From a virus, in IMG/VR virus record IMGVR_UViG_3300042731_007944, positions 40,988 through 104,987 of that record: a DNA stretch of 64,000 nt; one strand, 5' to 3'. A model generated the notes under the pieces. The model made no database searches, was not told where the DNA came from, and saw only the letters and a list, made by a program, of their open reading frames with translations. Below are positions 27,633 through 37,448 of the stretch, in pieces. Made by a program: the position numbers and the translations under genes. Position 1 is the stretch's first letter, and each line of letters opens with the position of its first letter.

Positions 27633-28367
27633 ATGAAAACATATCGTGTGATTTTCATTATTGTCATAGCATTATTTTTATCTACTTCATGTTCAAACAA
27701 AAAGCAATGGGAACAGGCAATTAAAGAACGCGATGATATTATTCTGGGACTTCAGCAACAATTACAGGAGACACAGAGACAACTCGGCACTTGTCAAGAA
27801 GATCTCGCTTCGGCACAAGAAGCCTTAACGGCTTCCCCTTCATCGGAACCGGAAGGGTATACGCCAACACACTATAATTCAGTGTATGATGTTCTGCATG
27901 AATGGTATTCTTACAGCACCGATGACGGGACATTCAAGACCATATCAGAGAATCCGCTACATATTCAGATTGTTCCTACTTTCATGCAAGATGAATATCC
28001 CGACATCAACCGTAATGACGTAAAAACGGCACTCCTTGAGGCCGTCTATCGGACATTTATCCATACGGATACAAAGGCATTGACCGTAACATGTACCCCG
28101 CAATTAATCCAGAATAATAATGGAGATTTTGAGACCAAACCGCTTGAAAAATATGCAAAAACGATCACTGTTTCGAAAGAAATGGCCGTAAAGATAGCGG
28201 AAAGCCATCTCAACATATCAACTCTTTCCGAATTGGTCATGGACCAGAAGGTAGGAGGGATACTCATTACTGACGAATGGACGGACAAATTCAAAATGGT
28301 AATTTATGGGGAAGATTACAACACACCGGATTTGTTAGATACAATTTTTTCTAAGCTTGAGGGATAA
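27633..28367 (+). CDS. Lipoprotein
   Basis: Signal peptide with STSC lipobox-like motif; coiled coil. Confidence 0.75.
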   Translation: MKTYRVIFIIVIALFLSTSCSNKKQWEQAIKERDDIILGLQQQLQETQRQLGTCQEDLASAQEALTASPSSEPEGYTPTHYNSVYDVLHEWYSYSTDDGTFKTISENPLHIQIVPTFMQDEYPDINRNDVKTALLEAVYRTFIHTDTKALTVTCTPQLIQNNNGDFETKPLEKYAKTITVSKEMAVKIAESHLNISTLSELVMDQKVGGILITDEWTDKFKMVIYGEDYNTPDLLDTIFSKLEG

Positions 28368-28384
28368 ATAGATCGTGTTATAAT

Positions 28385-28440
28385 GAGGATAGGGATCGCG
28401 ACCTGAACGGGCCGATTGCTCCTGTCATCGGCTCTTCCTC
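28385..28440 (+). ncRNA. Structured leader RNA, GAGGATAGGG family (copy 1)
   Basis: Similar to 61122-61171 and 62886-62934; directly after TG-TATAAT. Confidence 0.5.
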
Positions 28441-28499
28441 ATCTTTATAAATTGTCAGGAGAAGAAATCGACGATAGGAGTGTTCATGGTTGTTGTGCT

Positions 28500-28790
28500 A
28501 TGCCAGTAAAAGAAGTCCATCATGAAAATATTGTGCTATTTGGTTCAACTGTGATATGTTGGCATTATCCAGAGATTTATCACCCGAAGAAACAGGATAG
28601 CATTATTCTTGAATTAGCACATATTCGTTCCGCAAATAATCTTCATATCACGTTTGATGCAAAACGAGATGGCTATGTTATCTCTCAACAGACAATATTT
28701 TCGTGGCCTCTAGATGATGATATTTGCGATCCAGGTTGGCAAGAAGTGGCCTTTATTGAAGCGTGGCAACCAAAACAACGATATTTCTGA
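28500..28790 (+). CDS. Hypothetical protein
   Basis: ORF. Confidence 0.5.
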   Translation: MPVKEVHHENIVLFGSTVICWHYPEIYHPKKQDSIILELAHIRSANNLHITFDAKRDGYVISQQTIFSWPLDDDICDPGWQEVAFIEAWQPKQRYF

Positions 28791-29155
28791 AGAAAATGAA
28801 CAACATCGCATAATGGTGTCTACGATTCTTTATAATATCTTTGAGGAAGAATCGCAAGACGTGTTGACATGGTATGAAGAAAACTTAAAAACCGGTTTAA
28901 ATCAAGACGACCGGTTAGAAAAATATGCACAAGCCCAGGATCAAGACCAATTTGTTCGTTTGGTTATTGTCACAAATGACAATGGATATTCTATAAGCAT
29001 TGAAATTACGCCTGAATCAAAAGAGAAGAAATAGGTGCTGGAAGTAAAAATAGATAGTGTTCTAAAAATGATAATAGGATCGTATCAGATGGATAACTCT
29101 GGTCTAAACTCTCTAGGGTGATAGGATAAGAGCCTGTAGGGGGGATAAAATAAAC

Positions 29156-29782
29156 ATGAAACAAACCATAGAAGAACAACTCGAAGAGGCCAATATCGAT
29201 GCACATTGTGCGGTCAGCCTCCATAAAGCTCACATTGCCAAATATGAGAAGCTTCTAACTGCTGTTGATGCATTATCTGTTTGTGTCCCCGTTGGGTTTT
29301 TTGGTGTCCAAGTGGCCTCTATTCAATTTCCCGCCGTAGCAACTTTCTTGGCGAGTGTCATTAACCCTCTCTTATCCGCCGCTCTCTTAATCTTGGTACT
29401 TTTTACCCTAGTGACGCAATCCCGTGCTAAACTCAAGCAGCATCAGCGCTTTTTATCGGAAGAAATTATCGTTATTCGCGAAATAAAAGAACTGTTGTCA
29501 GGGGAGACAATCACTTCTGAAGCGACTAAGCGTATATTAGATTGGGCGGCACGCTTGGCACAAGATGAAGAACAGATGTTTTCAAAGTTATCTGAATTGG
29601 AAAAACGAAATTATTATCGTCTTGGGTTGCGGGCTATTGGAGATCCGACGGTAGTCTGCCCGATCTGTGGTGCATCTCCGTATCACTATCAGAAACCTCA
29701 AAAAAACGAAATGTGTCAAACGTGTGGGAATACGCCGGGGCATCAACTCACAAGGGGGACAGAATATGAGTTGGGCAGTTGA
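29156..29782 (+). CDS. Two-TM protein with C-terminal CxxC...CxxC (mobilome/SLATT-like)
   Basis: Two TM segments; CPIC...CQTC. Confidence 0.6.
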   Translation: MKQTIEEQLEEANIDAHCAVSLHKAHIAKYEKLLTAVDALSVCVPVGFFGVQVASIQFPAVATFLASVINPLLSAALLILVLFTLVTQSRAKLKQHQRFLSEEIIVIREIKELLSGETITSEATKRILDWAARLAQDEEQMFSKLSELEKRNYYRLGLRAIGDPTVVCPICGASPYHYQKPQKNEMCQTCGNTPGHQLTRGTEYELGS

Positions 29783-29954
29783 CGAGTTTAAAAAGTGGTA
29801 CACTCAATTGCCAGAATCCGAAAAACGGCAATTGCAGCAATTTTTATCAAAGGGGTTGCCCGGTGGCCCACCAGACAAATTTGGAGTGCGGTTAGGTCCT
29901 CCTCCAGCGCAAAAGAAAGGAAGTGTGTGTCCGACATGCGGAAAACCGTGGTAA
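29766..29954 (+). CDS. Small protein ending in CPTCG
   Basis: Overlaps upstream gene; Pro-rich. Confidence 0.55.
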   Translation: MSWAVDEFKKWYTQLPESEKRQLQQFLSKGLPGGPPDKFGVRLGPPPAQKKGSVCPTCGKPW

Positions 29955-30106
29955 CAAATACTGGTCTGATCAATATGCGAATTCTCGCCATTCTTCTCAG
30001 CATTCTTGGATGGTTTTGGTTGGAGGGTGTGGCTTGGCTCGGAATCATTTTGGCGAACGTATTGTTGTTATGGCAAGATTTACGCTCTACAAATTGGAAG
30101 AAGCCA

Positions 30107-30439
30107 TTATGCCGTTGACGGTTCTTGACCCGCTTCGCCCTTGCGCCGGTACAGGTCTCGAAATTCGATCCAGCGCGTGCGGGTAACGGTTATGATTTCT
30201 TGCGGTTGCTGTACGGGTGACTCTGCTTTTATTTCCGGTACTGAAGAAGCTTCTTGAGAGGGACTGGCGAGTTGCAGTTTCAGGTCATTGATTTCTTGCT
30301 TGAGGTTTCGGATCGTTACATCGCGGGATTCGACAAGCTGCTTATAATGATCGACGTCATTCCCTATGCTACCGATCACGAAGAAAAACAGGACCGCAAT
30401 AACGGCCAGGACGATTGTTACAATCTTCCATTTGTTCAT
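30107..30439 (-). CDS. Single-TM coiled-coil protein
   Basis: AGGAGG RBS; N-terminal TM. Confidence 0.6.
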   Translation of the reverse strand: MNKWKIVTIVLAVIAVLFFFVIGSIGNDVDHYKQLVESRDVTIRNLKQEINDLKLQLASPSQEASSVPEIKAESPVQQPQEIITVTRTRWIEFRDLYRRKGEAGQEPSTA

Positions 30440-30525
30440 ATCGCATCCTCCTTTCAAGAGAAGATGCGAAACACTGACATTTCTGTCAAGAATTTTTTAA
30501 AACAGGCTTTTTTGTCTCCTGATTT

Positions 30526-30945
30526 TTAGACGCCAAACTGACGAATCTTCGCGATTCCATCCGCGATCCGAGCTTCACTCACTTGCTCTAACTCAGTGAT
30601 CGGGTCGTGGTTCTCATCGAATCTCATTCCCGCCGGCGCGGTAAATACTTTCACGACGGCGGTTATTTTTAGATACGCGGCCAGGCGATCCGCGTAATTG
30701 ACGATGCGTTGCGCCTTTTTTAACTCGCGGCCAACGTATGCGTACACGGTGACGTATTTGCGAATGTTTTTCTCATTCCGGAACCAGATGGATTGTTTGT
30801 TGCTGCCCTTATGGGTCCGGGCGGTGGTCTCTAAGAAGGCTTCAATGCTGTTTAAGAGGTCGGTGTCAACCGCTTGTACTTTTGGTTGCGGTTGTGCTTT
30901 TTGAAAATTTACCTGAATCACATTGCCGTGTACTGAGTATTCCAT
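30526..30945 (-). CDS. Hypothetical protein
   Basis: GGAGG RBS. Confidence 0.6.
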   Translation of the reverse strand: MEYSVHGNVIQVNFQKAQPQPKVQAVDTDLLNSIEAFLETTARTHKGSNKQSIWFRNEKNIRKYVTVYAYVGRELKKAQRIVNYADRLAAYLKITAVVKVFTAPAGMRFDENHDPITELEQVSEARIADGIAKIRQFGV

Positions 30946-31146
30946 GTTGTTCCCCTCCGGTGTTTTGTGTTATAGTATTTTCTTGTTACTATATTATAAA
31001 TATAGTACTTTTTTATAATTTGTCAATAGAACCACCTGTTTTTTTTATAAATTTTTATAGTTTTTTTTTGACAAAAGAGGCCCGAACAGTTATTTTTATG
31101 AAAATTATTTATCAAATAAGGCTTTTTCTTTATAGGGGGGGGTTCT

Positions 31147-31341
31147 ATGGCAAGACGTGAAGACTCGAGACAGCTTATTATACAACTAAAACCTGAACTA
31201 CACCGATGGTTTAAAGCTTATTGTGCTCAACGGGGCGTATCTATGAATAGCCACATCGCAACATATCTTTATGAGTTGCGACAGGCTGAGGAAGAAAAAA
31301 CCTTGCGCCTTCAAAAATTAGCAAAGGATGTTGAGGAGTAA
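31147..31341 (+). CDS. Arc/RHH-type DNA-binding protein
   Basis: QLIIQLKPELHRWFKAYCAQRGVSMNS. Confidence 0.75.
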   Translation: MARREDSRQLIIQLKPELHRWFKAYCAQRGVSMNSHIATYLYELRQAEEEKTLRLQKLAKDVEE

Positions 31342-31345
31342 CCCT

Positions 31346-32053
31346 ATGAACCGTCTATTTTTTGTGAGTCTGTTTATTTTGTTCGCCGTCTCCGTGTCAA
31401 CGGCGGTCATCGAACCGCCTCGCGTATTCAGCGAGAGCGGGACCGTGGTTATGGTTGTGGACGGCGACACGATTAAGGTCAAGATCCGGAACACGGTAGA
31501 GACGATCCGGCTGATCGGGATTAATACGCCAGAGACGAAAGACCCACGCAAACCGGTGGAGTGCTTCGGGAAAGAGGCATTTGAACATGCAAAGAAGCTG
31601 CTCGAAGGAAAAAAGGTCAAGCTGAAATCTGATAAGACACAGCAGAACCGGGACAAATATGATCGGATGCTCCGGTACGTGTGGATTGGCGGGAATGAGC
31701 TTGTTAACCACATGATGATAGCAGACGGGTACGCCTTCGAATACACCTATGAGACGCCGTATCTTTATCAAAAGGAATTTCAGGAGGCTCAAAAAGACGC
31801 GAAAGAAGCCCAGCGCGGCCTGTGGCATCCTGACACCTGTGCCGGGGAATTGAAACCGGAGAAACAGGACGCCACGCCAACACCAACAGCCACGCCGAAA
31901 CAGAACACGTCAGCATTCTCCTGTACGCCGAAAAAGACGTGTGGCAAGATGACGTCCTGTGAAGAAGCCTATTATCATCTAAACACCTGCGGGAATAGCA
32001 GTCTAGATAGGGATAAAGACGGCATTCCGTGCGAGTCCATTTGTGGAAATTGA
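31346..32053 (+). CDS. Exported thermonuclease (SNase) with Excalibur Ca-binding domain
   Basis: VVDGDTI, IRLIGINTPE, DKYDR, RGLW; LDRDKDGIPCE. Confidence 0.92.
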   Translation: MNRLFFVSLFILFAVSVSTAVIEPPRVFSESGTVVMVVDGDTIKVKIRNTVETIRLIGINTPETKDPRKPVECFGKEAFEHAKKLLEGKKVKLKSDKTQQNRDKYDRMLRYVWIGGNELVNHMMIADGYAFEYTYETPYLYQKEFQEAQKDAKEAQRGLWHPDTCAGELKPEKQDATPTPTATPKQNTSAFSCTPKKTCGKMTSCEEAYYHLNTCGNSSLDRDKDGIPCESICGN

Positions 32054-32220
32054 GCCATGAAACACTGTTCCGCGTAAAATTCTCTGGACGGTTCGTGAAG
32101 ATCGCGACACGTCGCGTTTTGTTCAAGACAAGCAAAAATCCGGTGTGTCGTCTGCCGATTTCTCAGCAGCGATTGAACGTTTGAATCAGGGATGCGAGGA
32201 AGGACAAGAGGGAGCAGACC

Positions 32221-32472
32221 ATGTTAACACGTAGAAAGAAGAACCTGACGCGCACCTTGCGCCTGTCGTATTCGGAGGCGGATCGGCTACGGCAAAAGCT
32301 GTATTCCGATGTAGACCGGCTCTCGCTGTCTGACGTGAAGAAGCTGATCACGGTTTTGGATGACGTGTATCCGGAGATCACGAAAAGGACGCAACAATGG
32401 CCATGGCGTCTGGCGCTGACCTGCTTTGGGGCGGGCATGGGGCTTGTGGTACTGGTACTGCTGATAGTATAA
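32221..32472 (+). CDS. Small membrane protein
   Basis: GGAG RBS; C-terminal TM. Confidence 0.55.
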   Translation: MLTRRKKNLTRTLRLSYSEADRLRQKLYSDVDRLSLSDVKKLITVLDDVYPEITKRTQQWPWRLALTCFGAGMGLVVLVLLIV

Positions 32473-32602
32473 GGGGGTGTAGCTCATCGGAGGAGCAGGC
32501 GGGGAGGGTGCTAGATGAGTCCAAAGGGCTGTGACACGGCCAGCCACATTGAACGCTCGACGATCCGTAACAGGAAAGTCGGTTCGACTCCGACCACCCC
32601 TT
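32473..32602 (+). ncRNA. tRNA-like RNA with elongated anticodon arm
   Basis: Acceptor GGGGGTG/CACCCCT, D arm GCTC/GAGC, T arm GTCGG-TTCGACT-CCGAC, ~80 nt between D and T arms. Confidence 0.65.
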
Positions 32603-33024
32603 TACCCGAAAATTCTTTTTACACAACAATGCTCCTTGCGCAAGCCCTATACCACTCGGGGAGTTGGCGAGAGGTGCACACTCTTGATAGCGTGGGCCCG
32701 TCCGGAATGGCATATGGCAAGACCGATGACGCTATGCTCCACTGGTGGAAGGATGTGTGCGAGGCTGCACGAGTCCAGACGGCGCTTGAACGAGAGATTG
32801 CATGGAAGTACGGGCTTGAACGATTACGGTGTTGAGCGAGACAAGAACATCCCTATACTTAATGCGAGACATCCGAGGATATTTGGCTTCCATGTCGCAA
32901 GGAAGACCTGCATTTGCGACAATTCCGGAAACCGTGCCCAATGGTAGACGGGAAGAATTAAGGCCGCACACCCTCCCGCGACCAGCATTAAACCAAGACC
33001 TTTTTGACAGTTCCCTTCTTCATC

Positions 33025-33453
33025 TTATTCCATGCTAAACGCCAACCGACAGCGGCAGTTGATGCGATCCCCTGGGTGGATGATCGGATCACGTGGATGC
33101 ATCGGACCTGGCCAACCCTTGAACTGCACAGAAAACCGTTCATCAATCCGGCGTTCTTCCAGGTGTCGAAAGTTATGTTTTTTGCGGACCCGTGAATCCC
33201 GCCGTGTGAGCCACGTTTTGAACAAAAATCCTGCCTCTTTTGCCCGTTTCCACCCCGCGTCATCGTGCGGCGAGGGAATATCACTGAATCCCCAGGATCG
33301 CAATTTCGCGGCCATGGCGTTCAAATAGTGTTCTACGAGGAAACCGTGTTCCGTCTGAAATCGGTCAGGGGGAACCGTCTGCACGAGCATCGCGTGAAAG
33401 CGTGCGTACTGTCCGAAAGACTGCTGCAGAAGGGTGTCAAGTGGAAGGGTCAT
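33025..33453 (-). CDS. Mu gpF-like minor head protein (short)
   Basis: KTWLTRRDSRVR..H...INCRC. Confidence 0.75.
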   Translation of the reverse strand: MTLPLDTLLQQSFGQYARFHAMLVQTVPPDRFQTEHGFLVEHYLNAMAAKLRSWGFSDIPSPHDDAGWKRAKEAGFLFKTWLTRRDSRVRKKHNFRHLEERRIDERFSVQFKGWPGPMHPRDPIIHPGDRINCRCRLAFSME

Positions 33454-33881
33454 AGGTCGATGTCCCAAAAGTATTCACGAGCATCTTTGCGTATTTCTTC
33501 AATATCCTCAGTCGTAAATTCTACAAATTGTCTCTTCGGAACGCCCTTTCCGAACTGATGATATTGTCCATATTCAACAGCCGTCCCTTTTTCAAGAAAG
33601 GCTTCTCGACTGCCGATGGTATACCGGACAACCGCATCCCCGGTCTCCGTTGTCATTTCCATACTATCGCGCATCCGGCCAGTCCTATCGAGGATCGGGT
33701 GCGTCAGGTCGTCTTTCCGATCCACCCATTTAGGCCGCCCTTGCGCATCAAACGTCTTCCCGGCACTTTTTGCCAAAATTTCGGCACACGTTTCCAGAAA
33801 CGGACGAGGGTTCTCCAGCCGATCCCGGATCCCGTCTAGCCGTTTTTGTAGTGTACCTAAGCCGTCTATCGTAACCTTCAT
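33450..33881 (-). CDS. Mu gpG-like virion morphogenesis protein
   Basis: FDAQGRPKW, ILDRTGRMRDS, YGQYHQFG..VPKRQF. Confidence 0.85.
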   Translation of the reverse strand: MKVTIDGLGTLQKRLDGIRDRLENPRPFLETCAEILAKSAGKTFDAQGRPKWVDRKDDLTHPILDRTGRMRDSMEMTTETGDAVVRYTIGSREAFLEKGTAVEYGQYHQFGKGVPKRQFVEFTTEDIEEIRKDAREYFWDIDL

Positions 33882-34153
33882 CGCGCCACAATGCGCAGGG
33901 CCGGAGTGCGGTACGTCACCCCCAGCGCCTGCCCTTCTGCTCTCGTCAACGGCAGATAGAGACACCGTTCCTGCCCCAGGTCGATCAGCTTGCGCTCAGT
34001 CGCAGAGACCACCGTGAAGGACACCCCTTCTTTTTGCTCGTCGTCTGGTGGCGTCGGTGGTGCTGTCGACGCAGACGCCTGACACTGTTCACACAGGTGT
34101 TGAAGCGTCTCGCTGAATTCTTCCAGCAGTGTGATGATCGGGAGTGGTGTCAT
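33878..34153 (-). CDS. Hypothetical protein
   Basis: ATGA-coupled on both sides. Confidence 0.5.
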   Translation of the reverse strand: MTPLPIITLLEEFSETLQHLCEQCQASASTAPPTPPDDEQKEGVSFTVVSATERKLIDLGQERCLYLPLTRAEGQALGVTYRTPALRIVAR

Positions 34154-34530
34154 ACGGTTTTAAAAAAGTCAAACACGCCACGCGATTGCGTGATGCGATG
34201 ACAGAGAATGAGTTTTTCCAATAAGAGTTGTTGCGCCCGCCGGGTGTCTTCATAGAGTTGCACCACGGGCACGAGAGCAGCAAAATTCAGATGCGCCGCC
34301 ATCTCTTTCTGTGTCTTCATCAAGAAGAAGACTTGCGCGTTGACGAGACTCCACACCTGCCACGCGGTCACATTGTCCGGCCAGAGAAATGGGGTTCCAT
34401 GCGTCTGGCATGGAAGCATCGGTTGTGAGGTCAACCGCTTTTTCCCACGGAGCCTGGCGTCAATCAAACACGCCTGACAGACTTTGTGCTCGCGCTTCTG
34501 GTTGGCCTTCTGGTGGAAGGCCCAGACCAT
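34150..34530 (-). CDS. Tail assembly chaperone, -1 frame extension
   Basis: In the -1 frame of the upstream ORF after an A9 run; C..C...PC...NVTAWQVW. Confidence 0.65.
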   Translation of the reverse strand: MVWAFHQKANQKREHKVCQACLIDARLRGKKRLTSQPMLPCQTHGTPFLWPDNVTAWQVWSLVNAQVFFLMKTQKEMAAHLNFAALVPVVQLYEDTRRAQQLLLEKLILCHRITQSRGVFDFFKTV

Positions 34531-35000
34531 TAAATTTTTTTTTCCGCGTCCGTCTGGAGTTCAGCCTGGAGCGCAAGTTGCGTCACGGTGTTGATCAGCC
34601 ATTCCACGATCCCCGGCAAAACCTTTTCCTTGAAGAAGATCCATTCGAATTTGACGACATTACCAGACGCATCTTTTACGCCGCGCCAGGTTTCCACATA
34701 TTTCGCCCCGCAGCGTTCCGCCAACTTCATCAGATCCACAATGGCCGGGTTCGTGATCAATTGCATAAAGACCGTCAGGTAGGCTGCCGCCGGGTCGTCG
34801 TCTTTCACCAGTTTATCAAGCAGCAGGTGCGCGGTTTCCTGTTTGATGCAGCTTTTCCAATCCTCAAAGAGTTCCAACCGTGAGGGGATCTTGAAACGTA
34901 ATTCCAACGGGTCACCGGAGACGTCCGGTAACGGAACCGTGACCCAACGGTGAAACTTATCTTCGCCGCTGGGGGTTTGTGTGAAGTAGGAAATGTCCAT
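34530..35000 (-). CDS. Tail assembly chaperone
   Basis: Follows tail tube; ends GAA AAA AAA ATT TAA. Confidence 0.7.
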   Translation of the reverse strand: MDISYFTQTPSGEDKFHRWVTVPLPDVSGDPLELRFKIPSRLELFEDWKSCIKQETAHLLLDKLVKDDDPAAAYLTVFMQLITNPAIVDLMKLAERCGAKYVETWRGVKDASGNVVKFEWIFFKEKVLPGIVEWLINTVTQLALQAELQTDAEKKI

Positions 35001-35059
35001 ATGCGTCCGTGTTCTCCGGTCCTGCGGTTGACAGACCCGGCACACGTGAGTTTTCCTGG

Positions 35060-36247
35060 TTAAAAGAACGCAAAGATCACCGGCCCGAGGGCGGTTGATC
35101 TCGGATTCGCCTTCCAATTGATATCGGAGATCCAGAGCCCTTCAGAATCCACCGGCGCGACTTTCGCCCGTCGACAATCCGGAACAATGATCACTGGCAT
35201 ATTGCCAGCCGTATCCCCAAACTTGATCAGCAAGTTCGAGTCGGTTTGCGCGATCCATGCGGTGTACTCACTATCATCGTCCAGATCCAGATCATACTTG
35301 CCGGTGACCTGCCGCTTCGTGTAGCGTGAGGATCGAACGCCGCTCGTTGGGATCATAGACAGGCGTTTCGTGACTTCCATCCCCAGATCAAGTTCCAGGT
35401 TCTGTGTGTGGATCGTGGTGCGCGACGCCCCTAACGTAATCGTTGCGCTTAAGCAGATAGGCGGCACGGTCTCCGTGTCGACATCCGGCGCGAGTCCAAG
35501 TGTGGACAGATTTGAGCCGGTATGCTGCACCGACCAATTACAGGGCGTAAACGTGAACTGCATCTTCGGGATTTGCCCGGTACTGACATTCGTAAAGGTG
35601 AGATTTGGACGACACCCGCCAAATTTGATCCACAGGCCATCCTGTCCGACGCAATCAAGGAAGATATGGACAGACAGCGAGTCATGCCCGGATCCTTTTT
35701 GCTTGTAGGTCGGTGCGGATTTTACGACATCTGAGGATTGTGGCGTGCCGGAAAATTCCGGTTCGACCTTGATCCATTGTGTAGTGGTCCCACTGCACTG
35801 CGTCACGACCGCATATTCCGCCGCACCACCGTCAATGCCCACACTGAGCGCATCGCCCACGGCAAAGCCGGGAGAGCCGGTCATGTCGAATTCTGAGGCA
35901 GTATAGCCGGTATTCACGGCCCCGTCTCCGGCAGACAACGGATCGGTCGGATCCTCACAGCAGGCTCTCAGGACCGCATCGCTTTCCGGGGCAGTATGCG
36001 CTTCGCCGGAACCCTTGAGTTCAACGGTAAACGAGCAGGAGCCGTCCTGCATGCCCAGAATAGACGCGAGCGGATCAAGCCCGCCTGTGATCACGGCGCG
36101 TTCAATTTCTTCATAACTGGTATCCAGATCGAAATCTTCATCAATCAGGATAAAATCCGAATCGGTTGGATTGACAATCGTACCCTGGACGGATTCTTTC
36201 ACCACCGCCACATAGGTATTTTGTTTTGCTAATGCCATGCCTGGCAA
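35060..36247 (-). CDS. Major tail tube protein
   Basis: VAVVKESVQGT N-terminus, size and position; no sheath gene seen. Confidence 0.75.
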   Translation of the reverse strand: MPGMALAKQNTYVAVVKESVQGTIVNPTDSDFILIDEDFDLDTSYEEIERAVITGGLDPLASILGMQDGSCSFTVELKGSGEAHTAPESDAVLRACCEDPTDPLSAGDGAVNTGYTASEFDMTGSPGFAVGDALSVGIDGGAAEYAVVTQCSGTTTQWIKVEPEFSGTPQSSDVVKSAPTYKQKGSGHDSLSVHIFLDCVGQDGLWIKFGGCRPNLTFTNVSTGQIPKMQFTFTPCNWSVQHTGSNLSTLGLAPDVDTETVPPICLSATITLGASRTTIHTQNLELDLGMEVTKRLSMIPTSGVRSSRYTKRQVTGKYDLDLDDDSEYTAWIAQTDSNLLIKFGDTAGNMPVIIVPDCRRAKVAPVDSEGLWISDINWKANPRSTALGPVIFAFF

Positions 36248-36273
36248 GCCCTGCCGTGTTTCAGCGCTTTATT

Positions 36274-36708
36274 CTAGGCCCCGCGAAGGCCGTATTCCAT
36301 TGTAATGCGAACTTCGCTCAGTTTTTCAAAATTCCGTGCGAAGAATGTTGGATAAATCGTTGACACCCATCGTGGAACCGTCGTTCCGGCAAATTGATTT
36401 CCCTCCAGATAGCATTTCAACACCGTGGCAATATCAAGAATCGTAAACAACCCCTCTTCTTTTCCGAACCCTTCGGCGTAGGCGTAAAACGTTACCGTGA
36501 CCAGATCGTCACGGGCATTCAGCAGCCGCCGCCCTGCCGGACGAGGGGCTTCTTGCGCCGGGGAAATAACGAGATTCGGCTGTCGGACCTTCTCCGGGTT
36601 GAAATAGCCTGCCTGTGAGCACTGCATGCGTTGCTCAAAGACGGACAACGTACTTTCTGCGACCATCGCCGCTTTCACGGACTGGAAAAAGCTTTTTGTA
36701 CTTGCCAT
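36274..36708 (-). CDS. Putative tail terminator
   Basis: Size and position between connector and tube. Confidence 0.55.
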   Translation of the reverse strand: MASTKSFFQSVKAAMVAESTLSVFEQRMQCSQAGYFNPEKVRQPNLVISPAQEAPRPAGRRLLNARDDLVTVTFYAYAEGFGKEEGLFTILDIATVLKCYLEGNQFAGTTVPRWVSTIYPTFFARNFEKLSEVRITMEYGLRGA

Positions 36709-37446
36709 TTAATACCACCGTTCCGCCATTGGATACATTGTTGTGCGTGAATAGATCGGCGTCCGAGTATCTGAGATTTTCCCGGCATGACGACCTGACA
36801 GGCTGGTCAAGGTCGTTCCGTCCGCCAGTTGCAGCGCGATCTCACCAGCCGCGATCTTGTGTAACCGCGCTCGCGCTTCATCATATTCCTTGGAATACGC
36901 CTTTTGGCTTGTATACAGGTCTTTCTCGCGTTGACACAGCAGATAAATTGCAAACGTCACCGCGATATTATGGATGACGCCGGGCAACGTGGCGCTCGTA
37001 AACGGCAGATAGTCTTCATACCGTTCCATGAGTTCCGCATTGATTTCGTGATACGCCCAGGCGATCACCGCATTGATCACGGTATCATCCGGGACATCAT
37101 CGCCGTCATCATCTGCCCAATCAATCAACCGATCATTGCCTTTCCGGTCCTGTAAGTCACCTAAATCACAATAATAGTTCCCATCCGGAGGATTCCAGGC
37201 TGGGGTTTCTGCGCCGAACCAGCCGCTCAGGATATACAAATCCCCCGCGCCACTGGCTGCCGGGGGTGCGGTGCCAAATTCCAGGGTCGTTGGATTCGTG
37301 TACGTGTAATCCGTCCACGGCAGCGACCCCTGAAGCACGGTCAAGGTTCCCGTCACACACGCCTCATCGAATGTGAAGGTTGTTAAAACCCCATTCGGCG
37401 TCTCATTGAATGCCGGCGTATTCGGATAGGTTTTATACGTGCTCAT
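36709..37446 (-). CDS. Mu gp36-like head-tail connector with N-terminal extension
   Basis: YCDLGDL, EINAEL.ERY..LPF, L.KIAAGEIAL. Confidence 0.8.
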   Translation of the reverse strand: MSTYKTYPNTPAFNETPNGVLTTFTFDEACVTGTLTVLQGSLPWTDYTYTNPTTLEFGTAPPAASGAGDLYILSGWFGAETPAWNPPDGNYYCDLGDLQDRKGNDRLIDWADDDGDDVPDDTVINAVIAWAYHEINAELMERYEDYLPFTSATLPGVIHNIAVTFAIYLLCQREKDLYTSQKAYSKEYDEARARLHKIAAGEIALQLADGTTLTSLSGRHAGKISDTRTPIYSRTTMYPMAERWY

Positions 37447-37448
37447 AG

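Noticed and set aside
32473-32602. tmRNA or functional tRNA-His (CTGTGAC loop)
   Set aside because: Too short for tmRNA and has a D stem; the bases flanking CTGTGAC do not form an anticodon stem
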